Shown: positions 1 through 12,278, counted from the stretch's first letter. The stretch is DNA of 64,000 nt from an uncultured Pseudomonadota bacterium (GCA_963847705.1 CAWKBC010000027.1:800001-864000); one strand, 5' to 3'. The notes: a model not told the origin generated them from the letters alone. Made by a program: numbers and translations.

Positions 1-1212
1 GGAAACGCCGCGCTCGGCGTGGCCGTGTACGCCACCCGGCCGGGCGCGCCCCAGTATGTCGACGAGACCCTCGATGTCGCGCTCCAGCACGTTCCTCTCG
101 GCAGCTCCAGCTTCCGGTTCGACACGGCGTTCTCGGTGGTGCGCATGCAGACCACCTCGCCGCCGCGCTTTCGCCCCGGGAGCGTGACCGAATTCTATCT
201 GTGGGACGCCGAGATCTCGCGCCGGGAGATCGACTCGCAGACGGTGGTGGCGCTGGGGCGTATCTGGCCCTGGCACACGCCCGGTCTTCCCATCCTCGAC
301 GGCGCGCAGCTCGGACGGCGAAACGAGCTGGGGACGGTCGAAGGGGGCGTCTACGCGGGGCTCATCCCAGACACGCTGACCCTCGCGCCGACCTTCGATG
401 CCTGGACGACCGGCGTCTACGGCGCGCTCTCGCAACCGGGCGCGCGCGACGACACGATCCGGATGGCCGCCGAGGAGGCAAGGATCGGGGTGCGGCACTC
501 GCCGACGGCGGGATGGGTCCGCGAGGCGCAGGGGCAGGCGACCATCGAGCTCGCGGGGGGCGGCGTCGCCGCCAGCGGCTGCCTGCGGGACGCGCCGGAG
601 GTCGACCGCCAGCCGGTGCTGGAGCTGGCCAATGGGGAAGCCTGGGTGCGGTCCGCGTCGGTGGGGGCGCGCATCCAGGTGCGCTACCTCGGGGTGGGGC
701 CGGAGCAGGAGCCTCTCTTGCGCGACGAGCTCCCCCGCGTGCTCGGTGGGTTCCACGGCAGCGCGGGCCTCTCCTGGGATCCGGCGCGCACCGTCGGCCT
801 TGCCCTGAACGGCGACGCGCACCACGAACAAGAGGGGAACCTGAATGAGGTCAACGCGGGCCTCGACCTCCATTTTCCTCGCCTGTTTGGGCAGAGCGGC
901 GGCCTCTGGCTGGGCGCCGCGGCGGGGCAGGGGTGGATGGAGAGCCGCAGCGCCTACGCGCAGATCATCCTGACCGCCCCCCGGGTCCGGCTGCTCGGAC
1001 GGGTCGGCGGCGACGTCAGCCGCTTCGCCGATCCCAGCGGCGAGGTCGCGGTCTCGGAGCTGGGCGGCTCGCTCCAGCTCGAAGGGAGGCTCACGCCGCG
1101 CCTGCGCCTGGTGGCCCGCTCGCTGGTGCGCGTTCCCCTGGCCATCGCGGGCGTCCTGCCCGACGCGACGTCGGGTCTCGTCTCCAGCCTTGATCTCGTG
1201 GCCGCGTACTAG
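1..1212 (+). CDS. Hypothetical protein, 5'-truncated by the window; C-terminal part resembles an outer-membrane beta-barrel
   Basis: Frame is open from base 1 to TAG at 1210-1212 with GC3-rich codons; amphipathic alternating strands; ends in an aromatic residue (LDLVAAY). Confidence 0.65.
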   Translation, partial: GNAALGVAVYATRPGAPQYVDETLDVALQHVPLGSSSFRFDTAFSVVRMQTTSPPRFRPGSVTEFYLWDAEISRREIDSQTVVALGRIWPWHTPGLPILDGAQLGRRNELGTVEGGVYAGLIPDTLTLAPTFDAWTTGVYGALSQPGARDDTIRMAAEEARIGVRHSPTAGWVREAQGQATIELAGGGVAASGCLRDAPEVDRQPVLELANGEAWVRSASVGARIQVRYLGVGPEQEPLLRDELPRVLGGFHGSAGLSWDPARTVGLALNGDAHHEQEGNLNEVNAGLDLHFPRLFGQSGGLWLGAAAGQGWMESRSAYAQIILTAPRVRLLGRVGGDVSRFADPSGEVAVSELGGSLQLEGRLTPRLRLVARSLVRVPLAIAGVLPDATSGLVSSLDLVAAY

Positions 1213-1410
1213 CAGGGCGTCGGCGCAAGGCGACGGTGAGCGCAGCGAACCATGCCCGACATCGTGGCGCCGAAGGCGCCCCAGGAGTCGGATCTCGATG
1301 CCCACGTCGGAAACGAATAGGACGCGGTTCGACGCAGCGTCCAATCGCGCGGCCCGTCGGCCGCGGTGTGCCGGCGGCGTTCCGGCGATGTGTTAGCTTG
1401 GGCGGCCGAC

Positions 1411-2556
1411 GTGCTGAATCTCCGCAACCTCGACCGCGGTGAGATGGGCGAGGCGCTCGCGTCCTGCGGCGTGAGCAGCCAGGTCGCCCAGCGGGTGTTC
1501 GCCCGGGTGCATGGCCTGGGCGCCACCGGGTTTCCACCGGGCTCGGTGCGGGGGCTCGCGCACGCCACGACCGCGGCCCTGGAGCGCGGCTGCGAATGGC
1601 CGGACCTGGAGGTCATCGAGCGGCGGCGGGCCGCCGACGGGTTCGTGAAGTACCTGTTTCGGACCGCCGACGGTCACGCCATCGAGGCGGTGCGGATTCC
1701 CTTGCCGGACCCGGCCGACGCGCGTGCGCTCAAGGAGCGGCGCCGGGCCGGTGAGGCGGCCGGGCTCCAGACGTTGCCGACGGCGAAGTACACCGTCTGT
1801 CTCAGCTCGCAGGTCGGGTGCGCGCTCGCCTGCGATTTCTGCGCGACCGGGCGCCTGGGGGGGATTCGCAGCCTGAAGACCTGGGAGATCCTGGCGCAGC
1901 ACCGGCTGATCGCCGCCGAGGCCGATCATCCGGTGAGGGGCGCGGTCTTCATGGGGATGGGCGAGCCGTTCCTGAACTACGAGAACGTGATCCGGGCGGC
2001 CCGCATCCTCTGCGATCCGGCGGGGCCGGCCATCTCCGCCAAGGCCATCTCGATCTCGACCGCCGGCGTGCTCCCCGCGATTCGCCGCTTCACCGCCGAG
2101 GGGCATCACTTTCGCCTCATCCTGTCGCTGGGTGCGCCGCTGGGCGCGCAGCGGCGGGTGCTGATGCCGATCGAGGACCGCTGGCCGGTGGTCGACGTGC
2201 TGGCCGCGCTCCGCGAGCATGCCGAGGCGCGGGGCGTGCGCGCCATGCTGGCCTACGTGGTCATCGGGGGCGTCAACACCTCGCCCGCGCACGCGCGTGC
2301 GCTGGGCGAGTTGCTGGCCGGAATGCGCGCCAAGCTGAGCCTGATCGACGTCACCGACGAGACCGGCCGCTACCAGCGTGCCGGCGACCAGGAGCTGGCC
2401 ACGTTCCGCGACGCCCTGGCCGCGCTCGGTATCCCCGTTGCCCGGCGGTACTCGGGCGGCGCCGAGATCGGCGCCGCCTGCGGAACCCTGGCCGCCACCC
2501 GACAGGGCGGCCAGGATGCCTTGGTTCAGGTTCGGCTCGAGAGCGAGCGGCTCTAG
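1411..2556 (+). CDS. rlmN: RlmN/Cfr-family radical SAM RNA methyltransferase
   Basis: TVCLSSQVGCALACDFC (CxxxCxxC plus upstream Cys), MGMGEP, ISISTAG and C-terminal AACGTL. GTG 1411 is inferred as start (ORF is open from 1366). May be a paralog rather than the true ortholog. Confidence 0.8.
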   Translation: MLNLRNLDRGEMGEALASCGVSSQVAQRVFARVHGLGATGFPPGSVRGLAHATTAALERGCEWPDLEVIERRRAADGFVKYLFRTADGHAIEAVRIPLPDPADARALKERRRAGEAAGLQTLPTAKYTVCLSSQVGCALACDFCATGRLGGIRSLKTWEILAQHRLIAAEADHPVRGAVFMGMGEPFLNYENVIRAARILCDPAGPAISAKAISISTAGVLPAIRRFTAEGHHFRLILSLGAPLGAQRRVLMPIEDRWPVVDVLAALREHAEARGVRAMLAYVVIGGVNTSPAHARALGELLAGMRAKLSLIDVTDETGRYQRAGDQELATFRDALAALGIPVARRYSGGAEIGAACGTLAATRQGGQDALVQVRLESERL

Positions 2557-2569
2557 CCCATCGTCTGGC

Positions 2570-4662
<2,093 letters not shown>

Positions 4663-4666
<4 letters not shown>

Positions 4667-5238
4667 GGATTCATCTCTCCTGAATCGTGCGAGCCGGCCG
4701 CGCTCGATCCAATCTGGCGGCCGACGGAGGCGAGGCGTTCGCGGAGTCGATCGAGCCGCGGTGCCTCAGTTTGACCGAATCGCACCAGCTCTTTTCCGTA
4801 GCTGGCTTCGGTTTCGCGAAGCTCACCGTGGATCACGGCGAGCTGTTCCCATTGTTTGGTGAGCGGCCCGGGGCGCGGGTGCCCGTAGCGGCAGCGCTGT
4901 TCCGCGGCCTGCCACTGGCCGAGCCAGAAGGCGCGGTCCTCGGACCAGCGCTGCGCCTCGTCCGCGTCGTAGTGCGCGACCAGGTGGTCGAAGTTGTCGA
5001 GGTGACGCTCGAGCCCCTGTTCCACGTCGCCCAGCTCCTCGGCGCAGCTCTCCAGATCCGCGGCCGAGGCGCCCGCCGGCGCGCCCAGCGGCTCGACGTG
5101 CCGCCGGCGCGAGATCGTGACGCCCACCGAGACCAGCAAATAGCAGCTCCCCACCGAGACGAACGTCAGCACGAGGCCAGACAGAAATCGACGGTAGCGA
5201 TGGTATTCAGGTGGTGAGGCAGGCGATTCGGGAGACAT
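4663..5238 (-). CDS. Hypothetical membrane-anchored helical protein
   Basis: N-terminal hydrophobic segment; ATGA overlap with the helicase start; typical codon usage. Confidence 0.7.
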
Positions 5239-5348
5239 ACGCGGTCCCAGCGCAAGCGGAGCGCCGCCGGCGTCGTCGTCCCCGGAGCGCCGGGGAGCGC
5301 GTCGAACCTACGAGGCCGGGCCCGGCGTGTCAAATCGGCCGAAGCTCG

Positions 5349-7040
5349 TCAGGGCGTGACCGGGGCTGCGACCGCCACTCGGAACCACCCGTTTCCGTCG
5401 GTGACGGCCACCCCCCGCAGGGTGGGGGCGGTGCGGTTCGGTCCGGTGCAATCGGCGCCGGTGCAGCGGACCTCGAACAGTCGGACGGTCGCGGAGGCCA
5501 GCGGGGTTATCCCATCAGGGGCAAACACCGTGCCCGCGACCGCCGCGCCCGCCGGCAGGGTCACGTCGTGAGTGACCGACGCTGGCCCGCCCACCCTGAA
5601 TCCATATTCCGTGAAGCGCGGCGCGGCGGAGCCGGTCGGAGGATCGTAGTCGAGTTGATAGGTTCCTGGATCGAGAGGCAGGTCGAACGTTCCGTTGGCG
5701 GCGGTGGTCGTGCTGGCGGGCGCCGGGGTCGCCGAGGTGCAGGATGCGTTGTCCAACGTCTCCTGCGTGGCCGTGATGGCCACGTTGGACAGCGGATAGC
5801 CCTGGTTGTCGCGGACGGTGCCGATCAACGTCGGGCGCGCCGTGAGCACGATCGTCATCAGCGTCGGCGCCGAGGCCACGTTGACCGCGCTGCCGCCCAC
5901 CGTCACGCCGATCGTGGAGTCGCAGGGGATGGCGAACGCGGAGTTGGCCGGTGGGACGACGGAGACCTGGTAGTTGAGGGTCGTCTGGGCGGTCCCCGGG
6001 AGCAGCGACAGTCCGACGATTCCGTTGTCGGTGAGCCCGTCGCGGGCAAAGTCCGTCGAACCGACTGCGCTGGTGCCCACCACGGTCTGCGCGTGGACGA
6101 GCGCGCCGCTGACCGGCGTACCGTCGCTCCCTTTGACGTTCAGGTTGAACTGATTCAGGTTGCTGTAGGCGGGCAGCATGATGGAAAGCGCTGTCGCGCT
6201 GGCCTGCGGGGCGATCGGGTCGGAGATGAACGAGGGATCGGCGACAGGGGACGGTTCTTGCGGCGTCAACTGGATGGTCAGCGGATCGCCGTTGGCGGTG
6301 ACAGCCGAAGGGAGCAGGAGCCGGAAAGAATCGACTGAGCCGTTCGACTGGGTGAGCGGAGCATTGCTGACCAAGACCCCATCCTGGAAGGCGCGGGCCA
6401 CGAAGGTCGCTGCCGGGGGCGTCCCGACCGCCGAGAGGAGCGTTCCGCTGATCGTGAAGTCATCGCCCGGGATGCTCTCGCCGAGCATCGCGCTCACCGT
6501 CACCGGAAAAGAGAAAGGGGGACTCTGCTGATCGGCGGGGGCGAGCGGGAGGAGCGCCAGGGTCGCTGCGCTGGAGATCGCGGTCTGGGGGACGGTCAAG
6601 GATGCGCCAATCACGCTGGCCGAGGCCCCCCCGACCGTCGGTGCCTGGAAGGTCAGATCGGGCCGTCCAGGAATCTTGGTCGGAACGGTGAGCACGACGC
6701 TCGCGGTCGATGGTGCCGCGACGCCGGCGGCCGCGGTAAAGGTGGCGGCAACCCCCTCCTGCGCGGCAGCGATGAGCTGCTTCGAAGGGATCGGCTCCAT
6801 GGAAAGGTCGACCGTCGGAAGCTCGGTGATCGCCGCGGTCGTCGCATTCGTGGGTGGATCGATCTCCATCGCCAGGCTGAGGCTGCCGGTCAAGTTGGGG
6901 ACGCAAGCGATCGTCGCGCAGTGGGTCCCGATGCTGCCGCCGGAACCGGAACCGGGGCTCGCGCCGCTGCTCGAACCGACGCCGGCGCAACCGCTGAAAA
7001 TCGATGCGGCAGCCAGAAACAGCAGCGCCGTGCGCCTCAT
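5349..7040 (-). CDS. Lipoprotein with repeated beta-sandwich (carboxypeptidase-regulatory-like) domains
   Basis: MRRTALLFLAAASIFSGC lipobox; GTVRDNQGYPLSNVAI...GTFDLPLDPGTY pattern; ATG 7040 overlaps the upstream TGA (ATGA). Confidence 0.75.
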   Translation of the reverse strand: MRRTALLFLAAASIFSGCAGVGSSSGASPGSGSGGSIGTHCATIACVPNLTGSLSLAMEIDPPTNATTAAITELPTVDLSMEPIPSKQLIAAAQEGVAATFTAAAGVAAPSTASVVLTVPTKIPGRPDLTFQAPTVGGASASVIGASLTVPQTAISSAATLALLPLAPADQQSPPFSFPVTVSAMLGESIPGDDFTISGTLLSAVGTPPAATFVARAFQDGVLVSNAPLTQSNGSVDSFRLLLPSAVTANGDPLTIQLTPQEPSPVADPSFISDPIAPQASATALSIMLPAYSNLNQFNLNVKGSDGTPVSGALVHAQTVVGTSAVGSTDFARDGLTDNGIVGLSLLPGTAQTTLNYQVSVVPPANSAFAIPCDSTIGVTVGGSAVNVASAPTLMTIVLTARPTLIGTVRDNQGYPLSNVAITATQETLDNASCTSATPAPASTTTAANGTFDLPLDPGTYQLDYDPPTGSAAPRFTEYGFRVGGPASVTHDVTLPAGAAVAGTVFAPDGITPLASATVRLFEVRCTGADCTGPNRTAPTLRGVAVTDGNGWFRVAVAAPVTP

Positions 7041-7525
7041 GGGCATGAGAACGTCCAGTTTGCGCGGACCACGAAGCCGTCGCTTGACGGCGGCAAGGCG
7101 TCGAGCACCATGACATTCGACTGGTCGAATTCGCGGTCGGCGAGGATGAACTCGAGTTGGTGGACAGCGAGGGTTGGCGCGGGGTTGAGGGCGCAGGGCG
7201 ACGAGCCAAGACTCACCGAGACTGTTTGCTGGCTCCCGGTTGCCGAAGGCTGGATGTGCGCGATCGCCTGCGGGCGGGTGCTGGCGCTGTAGGGCGGATA
7301 GTCGATCACCCACCGGTAAGCGAGTGTGTCGTCGACGTTCTGGTCGGTCACCGTCACCTGAAAGTCCTGCGAGGCGTTCGCAACGAAGAGACCGAAGCCC
7401 GGGAGTGCGCTCACTATGAAGGGGGGAACGTTCGGCTCGCCGGGCGGGTCCTGAAAATTCGGGGCGACGGGAACTACGCAGGCCGAAATCGATGAAACCA
7501 AAGCAAGCAGAACCACTGGGAGCAT
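7037..7525 (-). CDS. Hypothetical lipoprotein
   Basis: MLPVVLLALVSSISAC lipobox; start set at ATG 7525, downstream of a sigma54 motif (the ORF extends to 7678). Confidence 0.72.
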   Translation of the reverse strand: MLPVVLLALVSSISACVVPVAPNFQDPPGEPNVPPFIVSALPGFGLFVANASQDFQVTVTDQNVDDTLAYRWVIDYPPYSASTRPQAIAHIQPSATGSQQTVSVSLGSSPCALNPAPTLAVHQLEFILADREFDQSNVMVLDALPPSSDGFVVRANWTFSCP

Positions 7526-7535
7526 CTTCAAAGAC

Positions 7536-7552
7536 AGCAGGGAACGTGCCAG
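7536..7552 (-). promoter_or_regulatory. Sigma54 (-24/-12) promoter
   Basis: Minus strand reads CTGGCACGTTCCCTGCT: GG-N10-GC with the TGGCACG core, directly downstream of a sigma54 activator gene. Confidence 0.8.
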
Positions 7553-7605
7553 CGGTCGCGGGCGCGCCCCGGGCGGGCCCCGGCGCCGCTGGGCTGCCGC
7601 GGCCC

Positions 7606-7638
7606 GGACATCGCTGTCATGGTCGGCCCCGATTTGTC
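7606..7638. promoter_or_regulatory. Candidate enhancer site for the sigma54 activator
   Basis: Palindrome GACA-TCGC-TGTC at 7607-7618 plus a second TGTC half-site 20 bp away, about 55-85 bp upstream of the -24 box. Confidence 0.4.
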
Positions 7639-7674
7639 GAGTCCTGCCCCAGCCGCCGGTGTTGATGGCCGGCC

Positions 7675-9513
7675 TCATCCGCCCTCGTTGCCGCCGTTCG
7701 CTTCGGGCAGCCCGTCATCGAGCAGCCCGCCCCCTTCGCCCTTTTCGAGGTGGCGGAAGATGGTGCGCGGGTCGACGCCGAGATCGCGGGCGGTCTTGGT
7801 GCGGTTGCCGCTGTTGAGGATCAGGATCTCGTTGATGTAGTCGCGCTGGAACTTCTCCTTGGCCTCCGCCAGCGGCAGGATGGCCGGCAGATCGTCGGGC
7901 GAAAGGTCGAGGTCCTCGGGACCGAGCAGGGCGCGGTCGGCCAGCACGACCGCCTTCTTGATGCGGTTCTCGAGCTCGCGGATGTTCCCGGGCCAGCGGT
8001 GGCGCTTGATGGCGGCGATGGCGTTCGGGGTGAGCCCGCGGACCTGTCCGCCGTACTCCGGCGCGTAGCGTCCCACCATGTACCGGGCCAGCACCACGAT
8101 GTCGTCGCCGCGATCGCGCAGCGGCGGCAGGTGAAGCTGCACGACGTTGAGTCGGTAATAGAGATCCTCGCGGAACCGCCCCGCCTTCATCTCGACCTCC
8201 AGGTCACGGTTGGTCGCCGCGACGACACGAATGTCGATCGCCTCCGGGCGCGTGTCGCCGACCCGCACCACCACCCGCTCTTGCAGCGCGCGCAGGATCT
8301 TGACCTGAAGCGACAGCGGCATCTCGCCGATCTCGTCCAGGAACAGCGTCCCGTGGTCGGCCGATTGAAACCGCCCGACCTTGTTGCTGACCGCGCCCGT
8401 GAAGGCGCCGCGCACGTGCCCGAACAGCTCCGACTCCAGCAGGTTCTCCGGGATGGCGCCGCAGTTGATGGTGACGAAGGGGTGCTTGGCCCGCTGCGAC
8501 CGGCTGTGCAGCTCGCGCGCGATCAGCTCCTTGCCGGTGCCGGTCTCGCCGGTGATCAGCACCGAGATGTCGGTGGCCGCCACCTTCTGCACCTTGCGGA
8601 AGATCTCCTGCATCCGCGGCGCCGAGCCGAGGATCTCGCCGAAGCGGATCTGCTCGATGCGGCTCTGCAGCGAGCGGTTGTCGAGCTTGAGCTCGTTGAC
8701 CAGCAGCGCGTTGCGCACCAGCAGCGACGCCTGCGCCGCGAAGACCGACAGCACCTCCAGGTGCGCGGCGGCGAAGAGCTGGGCCACGTTGTCGTTGCCG
8801 ACGTAGATGACCCCCAGCATGTTGCCGCGCTCGAGCAGCGGCACGCACATGACCGAGGTCAGCTTGAGGTTCACCACCGAGAGCGAGTTCTTGAACGCCT
8901 CGTCGTGGAGCGCGTCCGAGATGATGAGCGGCTGCCGCGTCTTCACGACGTGGGCCAGGATCGAGTCGGAGAGCTGGGCGACCGCATCGGAGATCGTCTC
9001 GCGGCGCAGGTTCCGCGCCGCCTTGACGATCGGCTCGCCCGACTCCATCAGGACCAGGAACCCCTTGTCGGCGTTCGACACCTGGATCATGACGTCGAGG
9101 AGCTGATCGACCAGCGTCGGCAGCTCATAGCTCTCCATCAGCTTGCCGCTGAACTCGTAGAGCTTCTTGTAGGAGGCCAGCTCGGTCGCGTCGGCGCCGC
9201 CCGCCGGCTCGTCGGCGCCCGGTTGGTCGTAGAGCGAGAACTCCAGCTCGACCGCGCCGATCCGGATCCGGTCGTCGTGCGCCAGCTTCTGCTTCTGTCG
9301 CTTGCGCCCGTTGACGAAGATCTCGGCGTCCCGATCGGTGGCCGCCAGGTTGAACTCACGGCCGTCGAAGTGAATGTGGGCCGGGCTGTCCGACAACGAC
9401 GGATCGGGGAGCGCCACGTCGGCCTCCTCGCCGCGCCCCAGCGAGGTGAGCTTCTTGTGGATCCGGTAGACCTTCGTCCCCTTGCCCGGAAGCTGGATTT
9501 TGAGTGTGGCCAT
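7675..9513 (-). CDS. Sigma54-dependent enhancer-binding protein (FHA-like, GAF, AAA+ and Fis-type HTH domains)
   Basis: GETGTGKE, ESELFGH, GAFTGA, LFLDEIG, WPGNIRELEN and C-terminal TARDLGVDPRTIFRHL; true start MATLKIQ at 9513 inside the 929-aa artefact ORF. Confidence 0.93.
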   Translation of the reverse strand: MATLKIQLPGKGTKVYRIHKKLTSLGRGEEADVALPDPSLSDSPAHIHFDGREFNLAATDRDAEIFVNGRKRQKQKLAHDDRIRIGAVELEFSLYDQPGADEPAGGADATELASYKKLYEFSGKLMESYELPTLVDQLLDVMIQVSNADKGFLVLMESGEPIVKAARNLRRETISDAVAQLSDSILAHVVKTRQPLIISDALHDEAFKNSLSVVNLKLTSVMCVPLLERGNMLGVIYVGNDNVAQLFAAAHLEVLSVFAAQASLLVRNALLVNELKLDNRSLQSRIEQIRFGEILGSAPRMQEIFRKVQKVAATDISVLITGETGTGKELIARELHSRSQRAKHPFVTINCGAIPENLLESELFGHVRGAFTGAVSNKVGRFQSADHGTLFLDEIGEMPLSLQVKILRALQERVVVRVGDTRPEAIDIRVVAATNRDLEVEMKAGRFREDLYYRLNVVQLHLPPLRDRGDDIVVLARYMVGRYAPEYGGQVRGLTPNAIAAIKRHRWPGNIRELENRIKKAVVLADRALLGPEDLDLSPDDLPAILPLAEAKEKFQRDYINEILILNSGNRTKTARDLGVDPRTIFRHLEKGEGGGLLDDGLPEANGGNEGG

Positions 9514-9524
9514 GGATGGTCCTT

Positions 9525-10464
9525 TCAGAAGCTGAGAGCAGCCGAGAGCCCGAACGGCGTCAGGCCGACCTGAACCGCCGGTGGCGGCGGCGTCACCGGC
9601 GCTGTCGGCGCTATCGGCGCTATCGGATCGGTCAGCAGCACGTCGCGCTGATAGTGCCGGATGGCGTCGACCACCCCCCAGATGGCCGCCGCGAAGAACA
9701 GTCCCCCGGAGATCAGCTGGACGCGGAGGATCGTGCGGGAGGTCTCCTCCTGGGAGTGATCGATGTCGGCGGTGGGGCAGGCGCCGGTCGACGGTATCGT
9801 CTGCAGGCATTTGCGGTAGGGGTTCCCGCCGTAGAGCGCGAAGTTGGTGGTGAAGGCGCCCACCGAGATCGCCGCCAGCGCCGTCTCGACGCCGAAGAAC
9901 AGCCACCCTTTGCGCGGCTGGCCGTTCTGGAACTGGCCTGCCCCGAAGGGGACGAAGTTGAGGAGATAAGAGTGCCGTTCGTAGCGCAAGACGGTGGTGA
10001 CCGGCGGGTGCAGCCGCGCCTCGCGCTGCAGGCGGGCGGCGATCTCCTGGTCGCGGCGCCTGCGGCGGGCTTCGATGGCCACGATCTCGGACTCCTCCTC
10101 CTTGACCACGGCGTTGAAGGCGTCGACCACCTGCTGCGGGTCGAGCAGCGGATCGAACCGGTAGTCGGGACGCAGCTCGAGCAGCTTGTGGAACTCCCGC
10201 TTCGCCTCCTCGCTCCGGCCGGAGAAGATGTACGAGACGCCCAAGAATCCGGTGCGCCTGGACCACCTCACCCTCGCTGTCGAGCAGCACCTCCGGGTAG
10301 AGCAGCGGGTGCAGCAGATCGATGGCGCGCTTGTACTCGGCCCGCCCGAACGCCGTCCGCCCGCGATCGAAGGCCTCGTGCGGCGTGCTCCGCGCCTCCG
10401 GCGGGTGCGCCGGGGCGGCGACGAGGAGCGCGCTGGCCAGCGCGGCCAAGAGCCCGACGCTCAT
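9525..10464 (-). CDS. Secreted TPR-like protein with C-terminal hydrophobic segments, ~312 aa after correcting a +1 indel at 10245-10249
   Basis: Signal peptide and AFDRGRTAFGRAEYKRAIDLL in one frame; LGVSYIFSGRSEEAKREFHKLLEL in the next; removing one A joins them as HRILGVSY. Confidence 0.78.
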
Positions 10465-12278
10465 TCGGTCGTCGCGCCTGTCTTCAACTTCACGACGTGG
10501 GTGAGGCGCTCGCCGGCGCGCACGCGGATCTTCTCGGTGGCGAAGGCTTCGCCCGCGTCGACGGAGACCTCGATCTCCTTGCTGGAGTCGTCGTCGGTGA
10601 AGAACGGGACGTCAATCTCTTCGCCGGGGCGGCCGGCGGTCGCCGCCACCTTGCGATTGGGGTCGCTCACCAGCACCCGCGCCGTCGCCACCGCGGGTTC
10701 GGTGGTGACCAGCAGGTGCGCCGCGCGCCACTTCAGGCGGCGGGCGATGATCGCGTCGGCCGGCAGCGGGTGATTGGGCCCGATCTCCACCCGCTCGACG
10801 AAGCAGCAGCCGCTGGGGCTGCGCAGCTCGAGCACGTGGTCGACGTTCCAGGGGACCGCGATCGTCGTGTGGTCCGGGTCGTAGGCGAACTGCCGCTTGC
10901 CGTCGAGGTAGACGTCGACGTTCTGGGGGGTCGGCCCCAGGGTGAAGGTGCGCGAGGCCCCGGCCGGGTCGACGCCGCCCGCAGCGTGGCCATCGCCGCG
11001 CGAATGCGCCGGGTGGACCAGGGCCGACACGCGTCGCTGCGCCACAGGGGCCGTCACTTGCGCCGCCGGAGCTGGCGCCGGCGGAAGCAGCGGCGGCGGG
11101 CGGGGGACGGCAGGCAGCGGCAGGGTGACGGCGACGGTCGGGGGGTGAGAGCTCCGGTGATGCGCGGCCGCCAGAACAGCGCCCGCGGCGAGCGCGACCA
11201 GCGCGGTCGCCGTCATGGCCTGGTACACCCTGCGACGGCCATGCAGACGCCGCAGCGCCGCGGTCACGGTCTCGTTGTCCGGGTCGAAGGCGAGGACCCG
11301 GTTCCACAGCTCCAGCGCTTTCGCCCGGCGCCCGGCTGCGAGCTGCGTCCGCGCCGACCCGGTCAGGGCGGTGGCGAGGCGCTTGGGGAGCGCCTGATCG
11401 TAGGCGGCGGGGGCGGCGAAGTAAGCGCGCAGCTCGGCGCGCACGTCGGTCAAGCCTGCCTCGGTGAGGTAGGCCGTCAGGTCGTCGCCCATCGGGGTGA
11501 CGTCGGGGTAGCGGTCGTCGGGGCGGTGGGCCAGCGCGCGGCTGATGATCCGCGACAAGACCTGATCGACCCCTCGCCCGACCGTGCGCGGGTCGGGGAA
11601 CTTCCCCTCGGCGATCCGGCGCAGCACCTCGTGCGGGTTCCGCCCGGAGAACGGCAGCTCACCGGTGGCCAGGAGGTAGAGCATGATCCCGACGGAGAAG
11701 ACGTCGGTGCGAAAGTCGAGCTGCTTGCCCTCGATGATCTCCGGCGCCATGTAGGCCGGCGAGCCGAGCAGCTGGCCGGTCACGGTCATCCGCTGGAAGT
11801 CGAGGACCTGCGCGATGCCGAAGTCCATCAGCTTGATGAGGCCGTCCTTGCGGATCATCACGTTCTCGGGCTTCACGTCGCGGTGGATGACGCCGAGGGA
11901 GTGCGCATGCCCGAGCGCGTGGCAGACCTCGACCGCGATCAGCGCCGCCACCTCGGAGAACCCCAGTGGGCGCCCGTTCAGGTACTGCTTGAGCGTCTGC
12001 CCGTCGATGAACTCGGTGACGATGTAAGAGCTCGCCGAGCCGAGCCCCGAGTAATCGAAGATCTCCAGGATGTTCTCGTGCCGGAGCTTGGCCACGGCCC
12101 GCGCCTCGCGTTCGAGGCGCGCCTTCGAGTCGGGCTCACCGGCCAGGTGCTGGTGGAGGATCTTGATCGCCACCTCGCGCTTGAGGGTCTCGTCCTGCGC
12201 GCGATACACGACCGCCATACCACCCTGACCCACCTCTTCGATGAGCGTATATCGTTGAGGAACGCGGGCCTGCTCCAT
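10461..12278 (-). CDS. Hanks-type Ser/Thr protein kinase with TM segment and extracytoplasmic C-terminus
   Basis: GQGGMAVVY, VAIK, HRDVKPEN, DFG, YMAPE, DVFSVG. Confidence 0.95.
   Translation of the reverse strand: MEQARVPQRYTLIEEVGQGGMAVVYRAQDETLKREVAIKILHQHLAGEPDSKARLEREARAVAKLRHENILEIFDYSGLGSASSYIVTEFIDGQTLKQYLNGRPLGFSEVAALIAVEVCHALGHAHSLGVIHRDVKPENVMIRKDGLIKLMDFGIAQVLDFQRMTVTGQLLGSPAYMAPEIIEGKQLDFRTDVFSVGIMLYLLATGELPFSGRNPHEVLRRIAEGKFPDPRTVGRGVDQVLSRIISRALAHRPDDRYPDVTPMGDDLTAYLTEAGLTDVRAELRAYFAAPAAYDQALPKRLATALTGSARTQLAAGRRAKALELWNRVLAFDPDNETVTAALRRLHGRRRVYQAMTATALVALAAGAVLAAAHHRSSHPPTVAVTLPLPAVPRPPPLLPPAPAPAAQVTAPVAQRRVSALVHPAHSRGDGHAAGGVDPAGASRTFTLGPTPQNVDVYLDGKRQFAYDPDHTTIAVPWNVDHVLELRSPSGCCFVERVEIGPNHPLPADAIIARRLKWRAAHLLVTTEPAVATARVLVSDPNRKVAATAGRPGEEIDVPFFTDDDSSKEIEVSVDAGEAFATEKIRVRAGERLTHVVKLKTGATTE

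Noticed and set aside
1213-1410. Small ORF or ncRNA between the first gene and the rlmN-like gene
   Set aside because: Candidate ORFs lack codon bias or motifs and I recognise no RNA family.
7675-10464. 929-aa fusion of a signal peptide/TPR region to a sigma54 activator
   Set aside because: Artefact of the +1 indel at 10245-10249; the middle is out-of-frame sequence and the activator has its own ATG at 9513.
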